Virus record (IMG/VR): IMGVR_UViG_3300032770_000018
Coordinates: 1-64,000 of that record
Length of the DNA: 64,000 nucleotides
Direction: 5' to 3' (one strand)
Source of the DNA: a virus
Below are positions 43,957 through 53,807 of the stretch, in pieces. The position numbers and the translations under genes were made by a program. The notes under the pieces are model-generated. The model was not told the DNA's origin and searched no databases. It saw only the letters and a program-made list of their open reading frames with translations. Every line of letters starts with the position of its first letter. Position 1 is the first letter of the stretch.

Positions 43957-45980
43957 TAAACTTCCCCGTCATCAACGAAGACCGGTGTCAGCAACCGGCC
44001 GCGACATGCGTGGACCCGCGGTGCTCTGACCCGACGTTTGCGGCAGCCAACCCATTGCTCTGCTCCACGACCGGAAACCTCGTGGTTAAGCCTGAGGTAG
44101 CTGAACTCTGCGCTCCGACCGAACTTCAATTCGGCCTCTACGCCAGGACGCCAACCGGGGATGTAGAGATTGCCGACGGCATCACCTGGAGCAGCTCGAA
44201 CTCGGCCGTAATGACCATTGGAGCGGTGGACGGCAAGGGCAGCGCGCTCACCGCCGGGCTAGTGACCATCACCGCGACCTGGCAGGGGGTCAGCGCCTTC
44301 GCGCAGGTCAATGTTCTGGGCGTGGACGGCAGTTGCTGCGACGGCGTCCAGGTCGAGTTCGCAACGGTGGTGGACAATTCGCTTTCGATGAGCCAACCCT
44401 TCGGCGGCTCGTACCCCACCAAGCTCTCGGTGGCCAAGGCCCTCCTCCAGGGGATGATCTCGCAACTGCAGGCCAAGGACATCATGGCAGTCGGCGAGTT
44501 CAACGACGGCTACAAGACTGACCAGGGCTTTACCTCAAACCAATCTCTCCTGGACGCGGCCGTTAACGCCATCCCCACAAGCAGTGGACAGACCAACGTG
44601 CCGCTCGCCATTCAGAACGCCCAGGCGCTCCTGGCTGCTGCGCCTGCACCAACCGGCCAGACCACAAGTTCGCTAAAAATCATCCTGCTCGTGAGCGATG
44701 GCGATAGCCGGCCGCTGCTGAGCACCTCTGACATGGCGGCGCTTCTCAATTCAGCCAAGGCATTCAAGGCCTCTGGCGGGGTGATCATGTGCTGCGGCAT
44801 TCGCGCCAAAGGCGATGGCTTCAACCTCCTGGACCAGATTTCGAGCGGCGGTTTCTTTATCAATGTCTTCGGCTCCGACTCGGAGGTGTCGGACGCGATC
44901 ACGCGCCTGACATGCAGCATGGGCTACGTCTGCGCTGGGTCTCGGCCGCCGGACGGCTACAGCTGCGCTGGCTACGGCTACAACTGCTGTGACGCGCCGA
45001 TTGGCCCTCAAGAGCCGGACCCGACGAACCCCTGGGACCTTGAGGACGGCAGTCCTCCACAACCTCCACCGCAGCTTCCACCAGTCCAGTTCTCACCCGC
45101 AGATGGAACATTCCAAACCAACGCAGCGCACGTCTCACTCTCCGTACCGGGGCACCCGAACGCGGCAATCATGTTTTCGATCAATGGAACAAGCACGCCC
45201 CCAGACCCGTCCTTTTCTCCTCCGGTTGGGCAGGCCTACGAAGGGCAAAACGCGCCGGTAACCCTCTGGCTTAACGGTTCGGATTCGGTCTGCATCAAGG
45301 CGATGGCGAGAGAATCTGGATACGCCGACAGTGCGGTCTCACAGGCGTGCTACCCACCAACCAGGACAATAGCAGCCCAACTCAGCGGGCTGCGCTGGGA
45401 GATGCCGCTTATTTCCGATCTCACACCATGGCTCTACACCACGGAGTCGGTAGTCCCAGACAAAAACACCGTGCTGGTCGGAGACCCGAACCGGGTGTAC
45501 AACGTGACGCTCAGGTTTCGAGGCTTTGTTGAGCCGTTTCCAGACTATACCGGAACCCCAGACCCCAGCGCCACGGGCTCGCAGCTTCTGATCGCCCTGG
45601 GGGACGTTAACCCAACCACGAGGTCAGGAGGCGGTGCGTTTGTCACGGGCGGGACCGCGCCAACCAACACGGCTGGGAATGTATACGAGTTGATTATTTC
45701 AGACCCTCCGCAGCATTTCTTCCTCAACGGGGCTGTCGCTGGACTGCTTCAAGACGTCGGGATGCTAATTGATTACACCGAGACTATCCAGATGCGAACA
45801 GGGGCAACCGTAACGATGAAGGCCAGTTCAGGCGACGGCCAGGCAATCGGAAATGGCAGCTTTGGGGACCCCGGCGGGTCGGGATACCACGTCTGCTATC
45901 TCGCCGCCGTTGGGGTGCCCCCTTACCCTGCGGCTTTCATAACCCAGTACATCCAGATGGACGTGGTCTCAGTGACGTGA
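43953..45980 (+). CDS. virion protein with Ig-like (Big_2), vWA and chitobiase/FN3-associated domains
   Basis: ITWSSSNSAV..I...G; DNSLSM...T...LVSDG MIDAS; P.FSP.DG. Confidence 0.8.
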   Translation: MINFPVINEDRCQQPAATCVDPRCSDPTFAAANPLLCSTTGNLVVKPEVAELCAPTELQFGLYARTPTGDVEIADGITWSSSNSAVMTIGAVDGKGSALTAGLVTITATWQGVSAFAQVNVLGVDGSCCDGVQVEFATVVDNSLSMSQPFGGSYPTKLSVAKALLQGMISQLQAKDIMAVGEFNDGYKTDQGFTSNQSLLDAAVNAIPTSSGQTNVPLAIQNAQALLAAAPAPTGQTTSSLKIILLVSDGDSRPLLSTSDMAALLNSAKAFKASGGVIMCCGIRAKGDGFNLLDQISSGGFFINVFGSDSEVSDAITRLTCSMGYVCAGSRPPDGYSCAGYGYNCCDAPIGPQEPDPTNPWDLEDGSPPQPPPQLPPVQFSPADGTFQTNAAHVSLSVPGHPNAAIMFSINGTSTPPDPSFSPPVGQAYEGQNAPVTLWLNGSDSVCIKAMARESGYADSAVSQACYPPTRTIAAQLSGLRWEMPLISDLTPWLYTTESVVPDKNTVLVGDPNRVYNVTLRFRGFVEPFPDYTGTPDPSATGSQLLIALGDVNPTTRSGGGAFVTGGTAPTNTAGNVYELIISDPPQHFFLNGAVAGLLQDVGMLIDYTETIQMRTGATVTMKASSGDGQAIGNGSFGDPGGSGYHVCYLAAVGVPPYPAAFITQYIQMDVVSVT

Positions 45981-47014
45981 GCCGAATAACCGTTCTTGGG
46001 GCAGTAAACAGCTACACCGGATACGGACTGCACACCATCCAGGCGGTCAGGGATATTGAGACTCTTTCTGGCGCTTACGTCTCGGTCAGAGCGCTCTCCA
46101 CTTCCGAGGCCTTTGGCGCACGCATCCCGATGGATATTCGGCGCCGCTTTGTGAATGGTCCGCAGCCAGAGCCCTGGGAACTCCTGATCCACCCGCCGAA
46201 CTTCCTGCCCACGCCGGGCAAAAAAACGGCCTACTTTTCGATGTGGGAGGCTACCCGGCTTCCTCCCAAGGGGCGCAGCCTGCTCAACAAGGCCACGGTT
46301 GTTTTCACGCCCAGCCACTGGAATGCCTCGACGTTCTCGGCCTGCGGGGTGGATGTGCCGATCGAGGTCGTGCCGCTCGGGATAAACACCAAAGCCTTTT
46401 ATTATCGGCCACCCCCGCAACGACTCGACGGCCTGTGCGTCTTTGGAGCCGCAGGCAGGATGGCCCACGGCGGGGTGCGTAAGGGCATCAACGAGGTGAT
46501 TGAAGCATTCCTAGCGGCGTTCCCGAAGCAGGACGACGCGCGGTTGAGGATAAAATGCTGGCCGGACTGCCCGGTCGCAAAGGTGCGGGACAACCGAATC
46601 AGTATCACGGCCGCCTACCTGAGCGACGACGAGGTAGCTGAATGGTTTTCCGGCATCCACGTTTTCGTCAGTGCCGCCCGGGCAGAGGGCTGGGGATTGA
46701 TGCAACACCAGGCCATGGCGGTAGGGCGCCCGATTATAACCGTGGATTTCGGCGGCGTCCGGGAGTTCTTCAAGCCGGCGATGGGCTACGCGCTGCCCTA
46801 TCGGATGGTCCAGGCGACCAAAGCCTACGACGGCTGCGGCCACTGGGCAGAGCCGGACTTCGATGATTTTGTTTCGATGATGCGCCACGTGTACGAGCGG
46901 CGCGAGCAGGCGCAGGAAAAAGGCCGGGCCGCCGCAGTGGCCATGATGGGCACCGACTGGCTCGACGCCAATCGCGTGCTGGTCAGCAAACTCATGAAAC
47001 TTGGGGCTTTGTGA
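45977..47014 (+). CDS. glycosyltransferase, GT-B (GT4-like)
   Basis: TGYG, WEAT, PSHWN, VVPLGI, RKG, FVSAARAEGWGL. Confidence 0.9.
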   Translation: MSRITVLGAVNSYTGYGLHTIQAVRDIETLSGAYVSVRALSTSEAFGARIPMDIRRRFVNGPQPEPWELLIHPPNFLPTPGKKTAYFSMWEATRLPPKGRSLLNKATVVFTPSHWNASTFSACGVDVPIEVVPLGINTKAFYYRPPPQRLDGLCVFGAAGRMAHGGVRKGINEVIEAFLAAFPKQDDARLRIKCWPDCPVAKVRDNRISITAAYLSDDEVAEWFSGIHVFVSAARAEGWGLMQHQAMAVGRPIITVDFGGVREFFKPAMGYALPYRMVQATKAYDGCGHWAEPDFDDFVSMMRHVYERREQAQEKGRAAAVAMMGTDWLDANRVLVSKLMKLGAL

Positions 47015-47017
47015 ACT

Positions 47018-47530
47018 ATGCCGGGATCTGACTACAGGTTCGACGCGACGGCCGCAGCGGTCGTGCGTGTGATGTTCCGTGGCCGAAAGCCGCTTGTCCT
47101 GGACGTTGGCGCCGGCGCCGGGAAGGGAGCAACGGTCTTTGGACCACCTTTGTCGCGCGAGGTTCACGGGCTTGAAATCTTCCGCAAATACATCGACGAG
47201 TTCGACCTGCGAACGAAGTACGCTGAGGTCTTCTGTGGCAACATCATGGATTGGAGCCCGTGTCAGCTCTCGAAGTACGACCTCCTGGTTGCCGGCGACG
47301 TGCTCGAGCACCTCACTATTGACGATGCCAGGAAGCTAATCCGCAACTGCCAACTGTCCGGATGCAGTATGATCGTCCAGGTGCCGTTCCTCTACGAGCA
47401 GGGTCCGGAGAACGGCAACGAGTACGAGCGGCACATTCAGCCGGATCTGACGCGCGACCTGATGGCTGTCCGCTACCCCATGCTCTTCGAGGTCTTGGCC
47501 GATCCCCGTCTGGGCTTGTACATCCTATGA
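47018..47530 (+). CDS. class I SAM-dependent methyltransferase
   Basis: VLDVGAGAG, GDVLEHL, NEYERH. Confidence 0.88.
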   Translation: MPGSDYRFDATAAAVVRVMFRGRKPLVLDVGAGAGKGATVFGPPLSREVHGLEIFRKYIDEFDLRTKYAEVFCGNIMDWSPCQLSKYDLLVAGDVLEHLTIDDARKLIRNCQLSGCSMIVQVPFLYEQGPENGNEYERHIQPDLTRDLMAVRYPMLFEVLADPRLGLYIL

Positions 47531-48291
47531 ATCCAACCGTTTCGCTCGCAATCTTCACCCACAACGACCTTCCGATGCTCAAGGCCACACTGCTTCACGA
47601 GCAGCGCTGGGTAGACCAGGTGTGCATCCTCGACATGGCTTCCGCCGATGGCACTCAAGAATTCTGTGAGGCGTGGCTCCGGCCCGGCGTGGACGTATAC
47701 CGGCGCCGGGATACCAATACCTGCCCTGACCTGGGGTTCTCCGAAGCCAAAAACGCCGTCATGGACATGGCGACCTCCGACTGGGTGCTTTGCGCCGGCG
47801 CCGACACCATCATGGACTGGCGGCAGGCACCGAACATCAAGCGCGTATTGGCCGAGGTTAAAGCCGACGCATTGAGCATAAACACCGTCAGCATCCTGCC
47901 ATTCAAAGAGTGCCAACCCCACCAGATCGAGGAGGCAGTGGCACGCAAGAACTTCGGGAAGGATGGGCGCCATCGGTGCTTTGTTCGTCGTGGCTCAGGA
48001 ATTGTCTTCAAGGGCTACATCCACGAAGAGCCATTCCGCGGAGAGGTAAACGTGTTCGGAGAGGCTCAGCTAACACAGCTTTCCAGATTTCACCTGCACG
48101 GCTGGGGCAACGACAACCTGCGTTCCTGGCGCTACGGCTGGATGCTGCTCCGGGCCTGGCAGCGTGAGCCCGCGCTTCAGGCATACACAAACGAATGGTG
48201 GTACAAGGAGTATTGCCCTCAGAACGCCGACCTGCTGAAAAGGCAATCAGAGGCCTACGAGGAATATCGCCAGAAAACCGGTGACCGCTGA
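47527..48291 (+). CDS. glycosyltransferase family 2
   Basis: ILDMASADGT, FSEAKN, WVL..AD, GYIHE. Confidence 0.8.
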   Translation: MNPTVSLAIFTHNDLPMLKATLLHEQRWVDQVCILDMASADGTQEFCEAWLRPGVDVYRRRDTNTCPDLGFSEAKNAVMDMATSDWVLCAGADTIMDWRQAPNIKRVLAEVKADALSINTVSILPFKECQPHQIEEAVARKNFGKDGRHRCFVRRGSGIVFKGYIHEEPFRGEVNVFGEAQLTQLSRFHLHGWGNDNLRSWRYGWMLLRAWQREPALQAYTNEWWYKEYCPQNADLLKRQSEAYEEYRQKTGDR

Positions 48292-49018
48292 GCCCAAGAT
48301 CGCCGGCGGACTCATCACCCGGAACTACAGCCGGTTTCCGGGGACCTTCCCAGTGCTAAAGCAGATGTCGGACGTGACCATCGTCATTGACGACAGCCCG
48401 GGGTCCGCAATTCCAGACATTGGCGCCGACGAGACCGTCTCACTGCGGAGAAAGGGCGAGTGGAACGACACGGCCAACCAGGTCCTGCTCTTCCTGCGGG
48501 CGGCCGTCCATGGGTGCAACTGGGTTATTGGCTGCGGCGACGACATGCTGCCATCGGTTGCGCTGTTCAACGGGATAAGAGCCCTCTCCAAGACCGATGC
48601 CGACATGGTATGGGTTGAGTTTCGGGAGCTTTGGGAGGGCATTGACCAATACCGCTCCGATGGCATTTGGGGGACGAAGGGGGCGCCGGCTCTGGTGCGC
48701 AACTGGATGCTCGAGCAGAGGATAACGCTGCCTGACCTGACCATGCGGCTTCACCGAAGGGCCTGGAATGAGGACCGGAAGGCCGCGCATACGAAAGCCG
48801 ACGCCAAATACGCCGTCTATCACTTCGGGTCGCTAACGCGGGCACTCCGCGAGGCTAGGGTCGAGAAGTATCGCCGGGCTGACCCGACAAACCGTTTCCA
48901 GCGCGACTACTCCTACATGCTGGACGATTCAGGCATACAGCTTTCCAAGGTGCCGCGGGAGGACCAGGGGGCCATGCTGGAATGGATCGGTGGGTCCGCA
49001 AATCCAATTAAGGCTTGA
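48281..49018 (+). CDS. glycosyltransferase family 2-like
   Basis: VIDDS, WVIGCGDD, YRSDGIW, YHFG. Confidence 0.7.
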   Translation: MTAEPKIAGGLITRNYSRFPGTFPVLKQMSDVTIVIDDSPGSAIPDIGADETVSLRRKGEWNDTANQVLLFLRAAVHGCNWVIGCGDDMLPSVALFNGIRALSKTDADMVWVEFRELWEGIDQYRSDGIWGTKGAPALVRNWMLEQRITLPDLTMRLHRRAWNEDRKAAHTKADAKYAVYHFGSLTRALREARVEKYRRADPTNRFQRDYSYMLDDSGIQLSKVPREDQGAMLEWIGGSANPIKA

Positions 49019-49050
49019 GCGCCAGGAGAATCGGCGTATAGCGTTGCGCC

Positions 49051-49731
49051 ATGAGTATCTCGGCCGCAGATTTCAAAGCGCTTATCCCGGACCCATCAGC
49101 CTCGATGTGCGGGAACTTCATCAACAGCCTGCTCAAGCTTCCAGTCCTGCTCTACCAATGGATCCAGCAGGTGGAGGGCACGAGCTCCGGAGGTGGTGGC
49201 GGCGGCGGCGGCACAGTGGCTGGGACGCTCAAACCCGGGGACCTTATCTTCTCCGCCGCGCCGGCCGCTGCGGACTCGACGCGTCTCCTGTGCGACGGCA
49301 CCGAATACCCTCAGGCGACATATCCGGCGCTCTTCGCGGCGATTGGCAACATCTATGGGACGCCCTCAAACAGCGCCAACTTTAAAGTCCCGAATTTCAG
49401 CGGGCGCTTCCCCGTCGGCGTCGGTAACTTTCCAAACGCCGGGGCGGTATCGCTCGGAAACACCGGGGGCAGCGATCAGCAGGCGATCAGCGAGGCAAAC
49501 CTGCCCCTCTATACACCGGGGCCACTCAAGTCCTCTAATGGAACGGACAAAGTTTGGACGGACGTCTATGGCACGGGCCCGACTAAAAACGGTCCTGGGT
49601 TCAACGCTACACAGGGCGCCCAGAATCAGCCGGAGGTAGACTTCTCCGACCCATCCTACGGAAGCAGTACCCCGACGCAGCTCCCAATTCTTCCGCCGTA
49701 CGTTGGAACGTACATCTACATCAAGACCTAG
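49051..49731 (+). CDS. tail collar domain protein
   Basis: LLCDG.EY...YPALFAAIG..YG...FKVPNFSGRFPVG...YIKT. Confidence 0.9.
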   Translation: MSISAADFKALIPDPSASMCGNFINSLLKLPVLLYQWIQQVEGTSSGGGGGGGGTVAGTLKPGDLIFSAAPAAADSTRLLCDGTEYPQATYPALFAAIGNIYGTPSNSANFKVPNFSGRFPVGVGNFPNAGAVSLGNTGGSDQQAISEANLPLYTPGPLKSSNGTDKVWTDVYGTGPTKNGPGFNATQGAQNQPEVDFSDPSYGSSTPTQLPILPPYVGTYIYIKT

Positions 49732-49734
49732 CCC

Positions 49735-51741
49735 ATGCCATCGCTCCAAATAAGAGGCGTCCCAGTGGCGCCGCTGACGGGGCCGCTCGACCTCCGAAGC
49801 GAAGTCGCACTGATGGAGGGATCGTCGCTTAGGATGCGGCAGAACTTCCAAGCGACCGGAAAGGGCAAGCTCACGCGTGGCTGTGGATGGGCCAAACTGC
49901 TGGACTCGGCGACCTACAACAACCAGGACTTTCACGACCAACTCCTCTATTTCGGGCCCAATGGGGCGATCCGCCAGCCAGTCACAATGCTCTTCCCAGC
50001 CGAGTCCACGATGGGCGTCCGCAGCCTAATCCTGGCCACACAGAGCCAAATCTGCATGTTGGTCGAGTCCTCCGGCGACTACCGCGTTCTTGGAAACGCC
50101 TACGGTGGCGTCCCATCGGCATCGGCATCGGCGCCACGCTTCAAAGCCGCCCAGGTCAACGACTACGTCGCTTTCACCAACGACTTCAACAAGCCGATGT
50201 ATTACGTGCTCGAGGACGGCTCGGGCACGCTGCTCCAGACTTTCGACGACCTTGACACCATCGGGGTCAGCCGGGCCGCTGTAACCTGGGCCTGGAGAGG
50301 ATGCTTGTTCTTCGCTGACGTGGTGATGGACGGCCAGCGGCAGAGCAACCTGCTGCTTTGGTCGGATTATCAGAACCCGACGAGCTTCGACCCAGCCGTC
50401 CTTTCGTCGATCACTGGCACGAAATATCTCAATCCAGGAGAGCGCATCTTGGCTGGCTTGGAGTTCGGAAACTCCTTCCTCATCTACACAACCGAGAACA
50501 TTTGGGAGATGGTGGTCGTCGGCGGAGACCAGTCGTTCGACTTCGCTATCCGCTACCCAGGCTCAAAGAACCGTTCAATCGGCCTGCTGAAATACCCGAA
50601 TACCCTCGCATCCCTCGGCGATGAGCACTGCTACCTGGCTGAGGACGGCCTTTACACGTTCAACCCGTACTATCTCAAGCCCGACCGCGTCGAGTGGGCG
50701 CACCTGGCGACGCCGGAGGTCCTGGACAACATTGACTCGGCCAACTGCTCGGTCCACGTCGGGCTCTACAACAACTACGAGTACCTGCTTTCGGTCGCAA
50801 AGGTTGGGGACGCCAACAACTGCCCAAGTGTCACTCTCAGGCTGAATACCGCCTATAGCTGCGCCGACGTGGTCGACGCTGGCTTTACCGCCTTTTGCAA
50901 TTTCCAGAGCTTCCTTTCCCCAACGGTTCGCGATTTCATCACCTCGAACGGAATATGCTCTTTGCAGGGAATGGCGAACCTCGGCTTCCCGCTAGGCCAG
51001 CAGGGCGTTGCAAAGCCTCCGGGAGCAATCACATCGGCATTCACCCCGGACTGCTTCTACACTAAGGTCACGCAGACGATTGGCGATGTGACCGTCGAGG
51101 ACTGGAATCAGGCGCACGCCGCCCCAACGTCGCTTTGCGCCCTATTGGGCAACCAGACCTTTGATAGCGTCTGCCGGAAGTGCGCGGGGCCAACGTTGCT
51201 GGTCGCCGCCAGCTCGGACGACTGGTGCCTGAAGCAAATCGGAGGCGTTAGCTACCGTGAGGTCTGCCTGAATCCGTCCGCCATCGGGAGCTTCATCACC
51301 AATGCGGGATACAGCAGCGCCGTCGGGAACTACGCGCTGCGTGGGTATGACTCAATACTCAGGCTCTCTCCGATGTACATTGCCGGCGAGCGCGCGCCGA
51401 TGATGCAACTCGACAGTGTGACGCTCGACTTCGAGGCTAGAGCATCAAGCCAACCGGCTTCGGTCTCACTGCGCGTTGGCGTCTCGGCCCAACCGACCGA
51501 CCCCAACGGGCCCGACATGCAGTGGTTTGCCCACAGCGCCAAGACGCTGGCCCTTCAAAGCTCCACCACGCCAGCCCAGCGCCTCGCCGCCAATGTGACG
51601 CCCTCCCAAGTAATGCGCTGGCAGCTTTACCGAGTAGCCAGGATGCTCTACCTCGAATTGACCATTTCAGGGACGGGTGGGGACGCTGACTTTAGCCGCG
51701 TGACCGTTGAGGCCGGCCCGTCGCGCGCGAGGAACTTCTAA
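49735..51741 (+). CDS. tail tubular/nozzle (gp10/gp12-like) protein
   Basis: Beta-propeller-like, LLWSD..NP..F pattern; position. Confidence 0.65.
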   Translation: MPSLQIRGVPVAPLTGPLDLRSEVALMEGSSLRMRQNFQATGKGKLTRGCGWAKLLDSATYNNQDFHDQLLYFGPNGAIRQPVTMLFPAESTMGVRSLILATQSQICMLVESSGDYRVLGNAYGGVPSASASAPRFKAAQVNDYVAFTNDFNKPMYYVLEDGSGTLLQTFDDLDTIGVSRAAVTWAWRGCLFFADVVMDGQRQSNLLLWSDYQNPTSFDPAVLSSITGTKYLNPGERILAGLEFGNSFLIYTTENIWEMVVVGGDQSFDFAIRYPGSKNRSIGLLKYPNTLASLGDEHCYLAEDGLYTFNPYYLKPDRVEWAHLATPEVLDNIDSANCSVHVGLYNNYEYLLSVAKVGDANNCPSVTLRLNTAYSCADVVDAGFTAFCNFQSFLSPTVRDFITSNGICSLQGMANLGFPLGQQGVAKPPGAITSAFTPDCFYTKVTQTIGDVTVEDWNQAHAAPTSLCALLGNQTFDSVCRKCAGPTLLVAASSDDWCLKQIGGVSYREVCLNPSAIGSFITNAGYSSAVGNYALRGYDSILRLSPMYIAGERAPMMQLDSVTLDFEARASSQPASVSLRVGVSAQPTDPNGPDMQWFAHSAKTLALQSSTTPAQRLAANVTPSQVMRWQLYRVARMLYLELTISGTGGDADFSRVTVEAGPSRARNF

Positions 51742-52628
51742 TGGCAGCGAGAGCCAACCCGCTGGACGGTTTCAGGACGTCGGTAACGACGAATGATTTC
51801 CGGGTGCCGGAGATCCCAAACCTCGGGCAACTCATCGAGCAGCACGGCTTTTCCGCCGGCATGAAAGCCCATGCCCAGGCGATGACGCAGTGGAGCAAGG
51901 AACTTGAGGCCACAGTCAACGCCCGCCTCCAACCAAAGGACCAGGCGGCGAGCCTCGGATCGGCTGCGGCTCCAGCGTCCACGACACCACCCACCGGCGG
52001 CACGACCGTCTCCTCCGGTTCAGGCTCAACTAGCCCGTCAGCACCATCCTTTCCCGGGTACAGCACTCTCCTCCATGCCTTCGCCGACGATAACTGGAAC
52101 AACGCGTTGCGAGATTTCATCAGCACCATCCTACATGGGCTGGGAATCCTCACCGAGGGAAGCTATGGAGGGCAGACACCGCCGTTCACCCCGGCAGCAA
52201 TGTCCATAGCGGTGGACGATGACACAGGAACGGTCTGGATTTTTGAAAATGGGGGCTGGGTTAAAATGCAGACAGCCGCCAGCCAGGGACCGGTCTATTT
52301 TTACTGCGCGGACACTGGACTATGGCACCAGGTCTCGGTTGTCGGCGATCCATCCGACTGGGGGATTGACGGCGTTGGGGTCCAATTTCCCCCGCAGGGC
52401 GTTACGCACGCCTACACGTCATTTCAGTTCCCTTGCGCCGATACCAGGCTTTGGCATGAAGTCAGCCTTGTAGGAACTCCTCCCACGTGGGCGATTAACC
52501 CGACCGGGGCTGGCCCGTCCGACATTGACGTTGACTTCGGCTTTGCCCTACAACCGTTTTGGAATGCGGACCTTGAAGAATGGGTGTATCCGAAGCTCGT
52601 CGGCTCACCGCCGAGCTGGGGATTCTAA
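51741..52628 (+). CDS. tail/fibre adaptor protein with three C-terminal repeats
   Basis: F.CADT.LWH.VS.VG.P..W repeated three times (third divergent). Confidence 0.6.
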   Translation: MAARANPLDGFRTSVTTNDFRVPEIPNLGQLIEQHGFSAGMKAHAQAMTQWSKELEATVNARLQPKDQAASLGSAAAPASTTPPTGGTTVSSGSGSTSPSAPSFPGYSTLLHAFADDNWNNALRDFISTILHGLGILTEGSYGGQTPPFTPAAMSIAVDDDTGTVWIFENGGWVKMQTAASQGPVYFYCADTGLWHQVSVVGDPSDWGIDGVGVQFPPQGVTHAYTSFQFPCADTRLWHEVSLVGTPPTWAINPTGAGPSDIDVDFGFALQPFWNADLEEWVYPKLVGSPPSWGF

Positions 52629-52631
52629 ACT

Positions 52632-53807
52632 ATGAAACGAACACATTTGATAATCGTAATGTTGGCCGGGCTCGCGCTTTTACTGCTGGCCGCAACCCTG
52701 CCCAATCGCACGGTGCTGTGCGACTCGAACGGGAACCTGCTCTGGCCCACGAACTTCTTTTCCGATGCCACCAACGGCGTGGACTTCGCAGCGGCGGTCA
52801 ATGCCGTTTCGACTGTCGGAGGCGGAGGCATCAGCGCAGCCAACGCGACGAATGCCGCTCGCACTGTAGTTACGTGGAGCAATTCGCTCTATCTGCCTAT
52901 TGGCGGCACAGCAGTCGCGGCCTCATCCGGTTGGCCTACAACTTGGGACTGGACGGCGGCGGTGACAGGGAAACCGGATTTCGCGACGAACACGTATGCG
53001 GGGGTGTCGAACGCGTTGGGGTTTGTGGCGGCAACGAACGGGGCGGCGATTGGGGCAGCGCAGCTTCCGGCGTTGAGCGGCGATATCACGACGAGCGCGG
53101 GGTCGGCGGCGACTTCCTTGAAGGCAACCGGGACGGCCGGCACCTATCGGAGCGTGACGTTCGATGCGCAGGGGCGCGAGACGGGCGGCACAAGTCCGAC
53201 GACATTCGCGGGCTACGGCGTGAGCGATAGCGCCGCAAACTTGCTGGCGGCTTTGACGGACCGGAACTTTTTCGGGGCGACAAATGAGGTTGCCACCAAC
53301 CTGAACAGCGCCGGGGTGACGGCCGGGTATGTGCTGACGGCGACATCCTCAAATAACCCGGCGTGGGAACCGTCCCAGGGCGGAGGCACGACCGGGGCTC
53401 TGACTAACAACTCGGCCCAGGGCATGATCAATTTGCAGGGACCAGTCAACGTCACGAACGGAGTTTACCAGGGCACGACAACGCTGGCTTACACGGGCTA
53501 CACCAACGTTCTGGTGGACTTCTCGACGGGCACGCGGTTCAAGTTGCTCATCTCGACCAACACTTGGTTGATTCCGACAAACATTGGCACCGTGCTGGAC
53601 TCGGATTTTGTTCTCAAAACCTTTATGGCCAGCCCGGGTGTGTTCACGGTTGGGTTGGGGACCAACGCCCTGGGCCAGCGCTTCACGCTGCCCGGCGGCG
53701 TCGCGTTCACGGCGACCACCAATGTCGGCGCGGCAGACCTTTACACCATGATGGCCGATTACACCGGGACCAACACCATGATCGTCTTAGCCCCCAACTT
53801 CAAATGA
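52632..53807 (+). CDS. tail-fibre-like protein with signal peptide
   Basis: GTYRSVTFDAQGR...PTTFAGYGVSD fibre repeat; 15 TN dipeptides; N-terminal signal peptide. Confidence 0.75.
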   Translation: MKRTHLIIVMLAGLALLLLAATLPNRTVLCDSNGNLLWPTNFFSDATNGVDFAAAVNAVSTVGGGGISAANATNAARTVVTWSNSLYLPIGGTAVAASSGWPTTWDWTAAVTGKPDFATNTYAGVSNALGFVAATNGAAIGAAQLPALSGDITTSAGSAATSLKATGTAGTYRSVTFDAQGRETGGTSPTTFAGYGVSDSAANLLAALTDRNFFGATNEVATNLNSAGVTAGYVLTATSSNNPAWEPSQGGGTTGALTNNSAQGMINLQGPVNVTNGVYQGTTTLAYTGYTNVLVDFSTGTRFKLLISTNTWLIPTNIGTVLDSDFVLKTFMASPGVFTVGLGTNALGQRFTLPGGVAFTATTNVGAADLYTMMADYTGTNTMIVLAPNFK

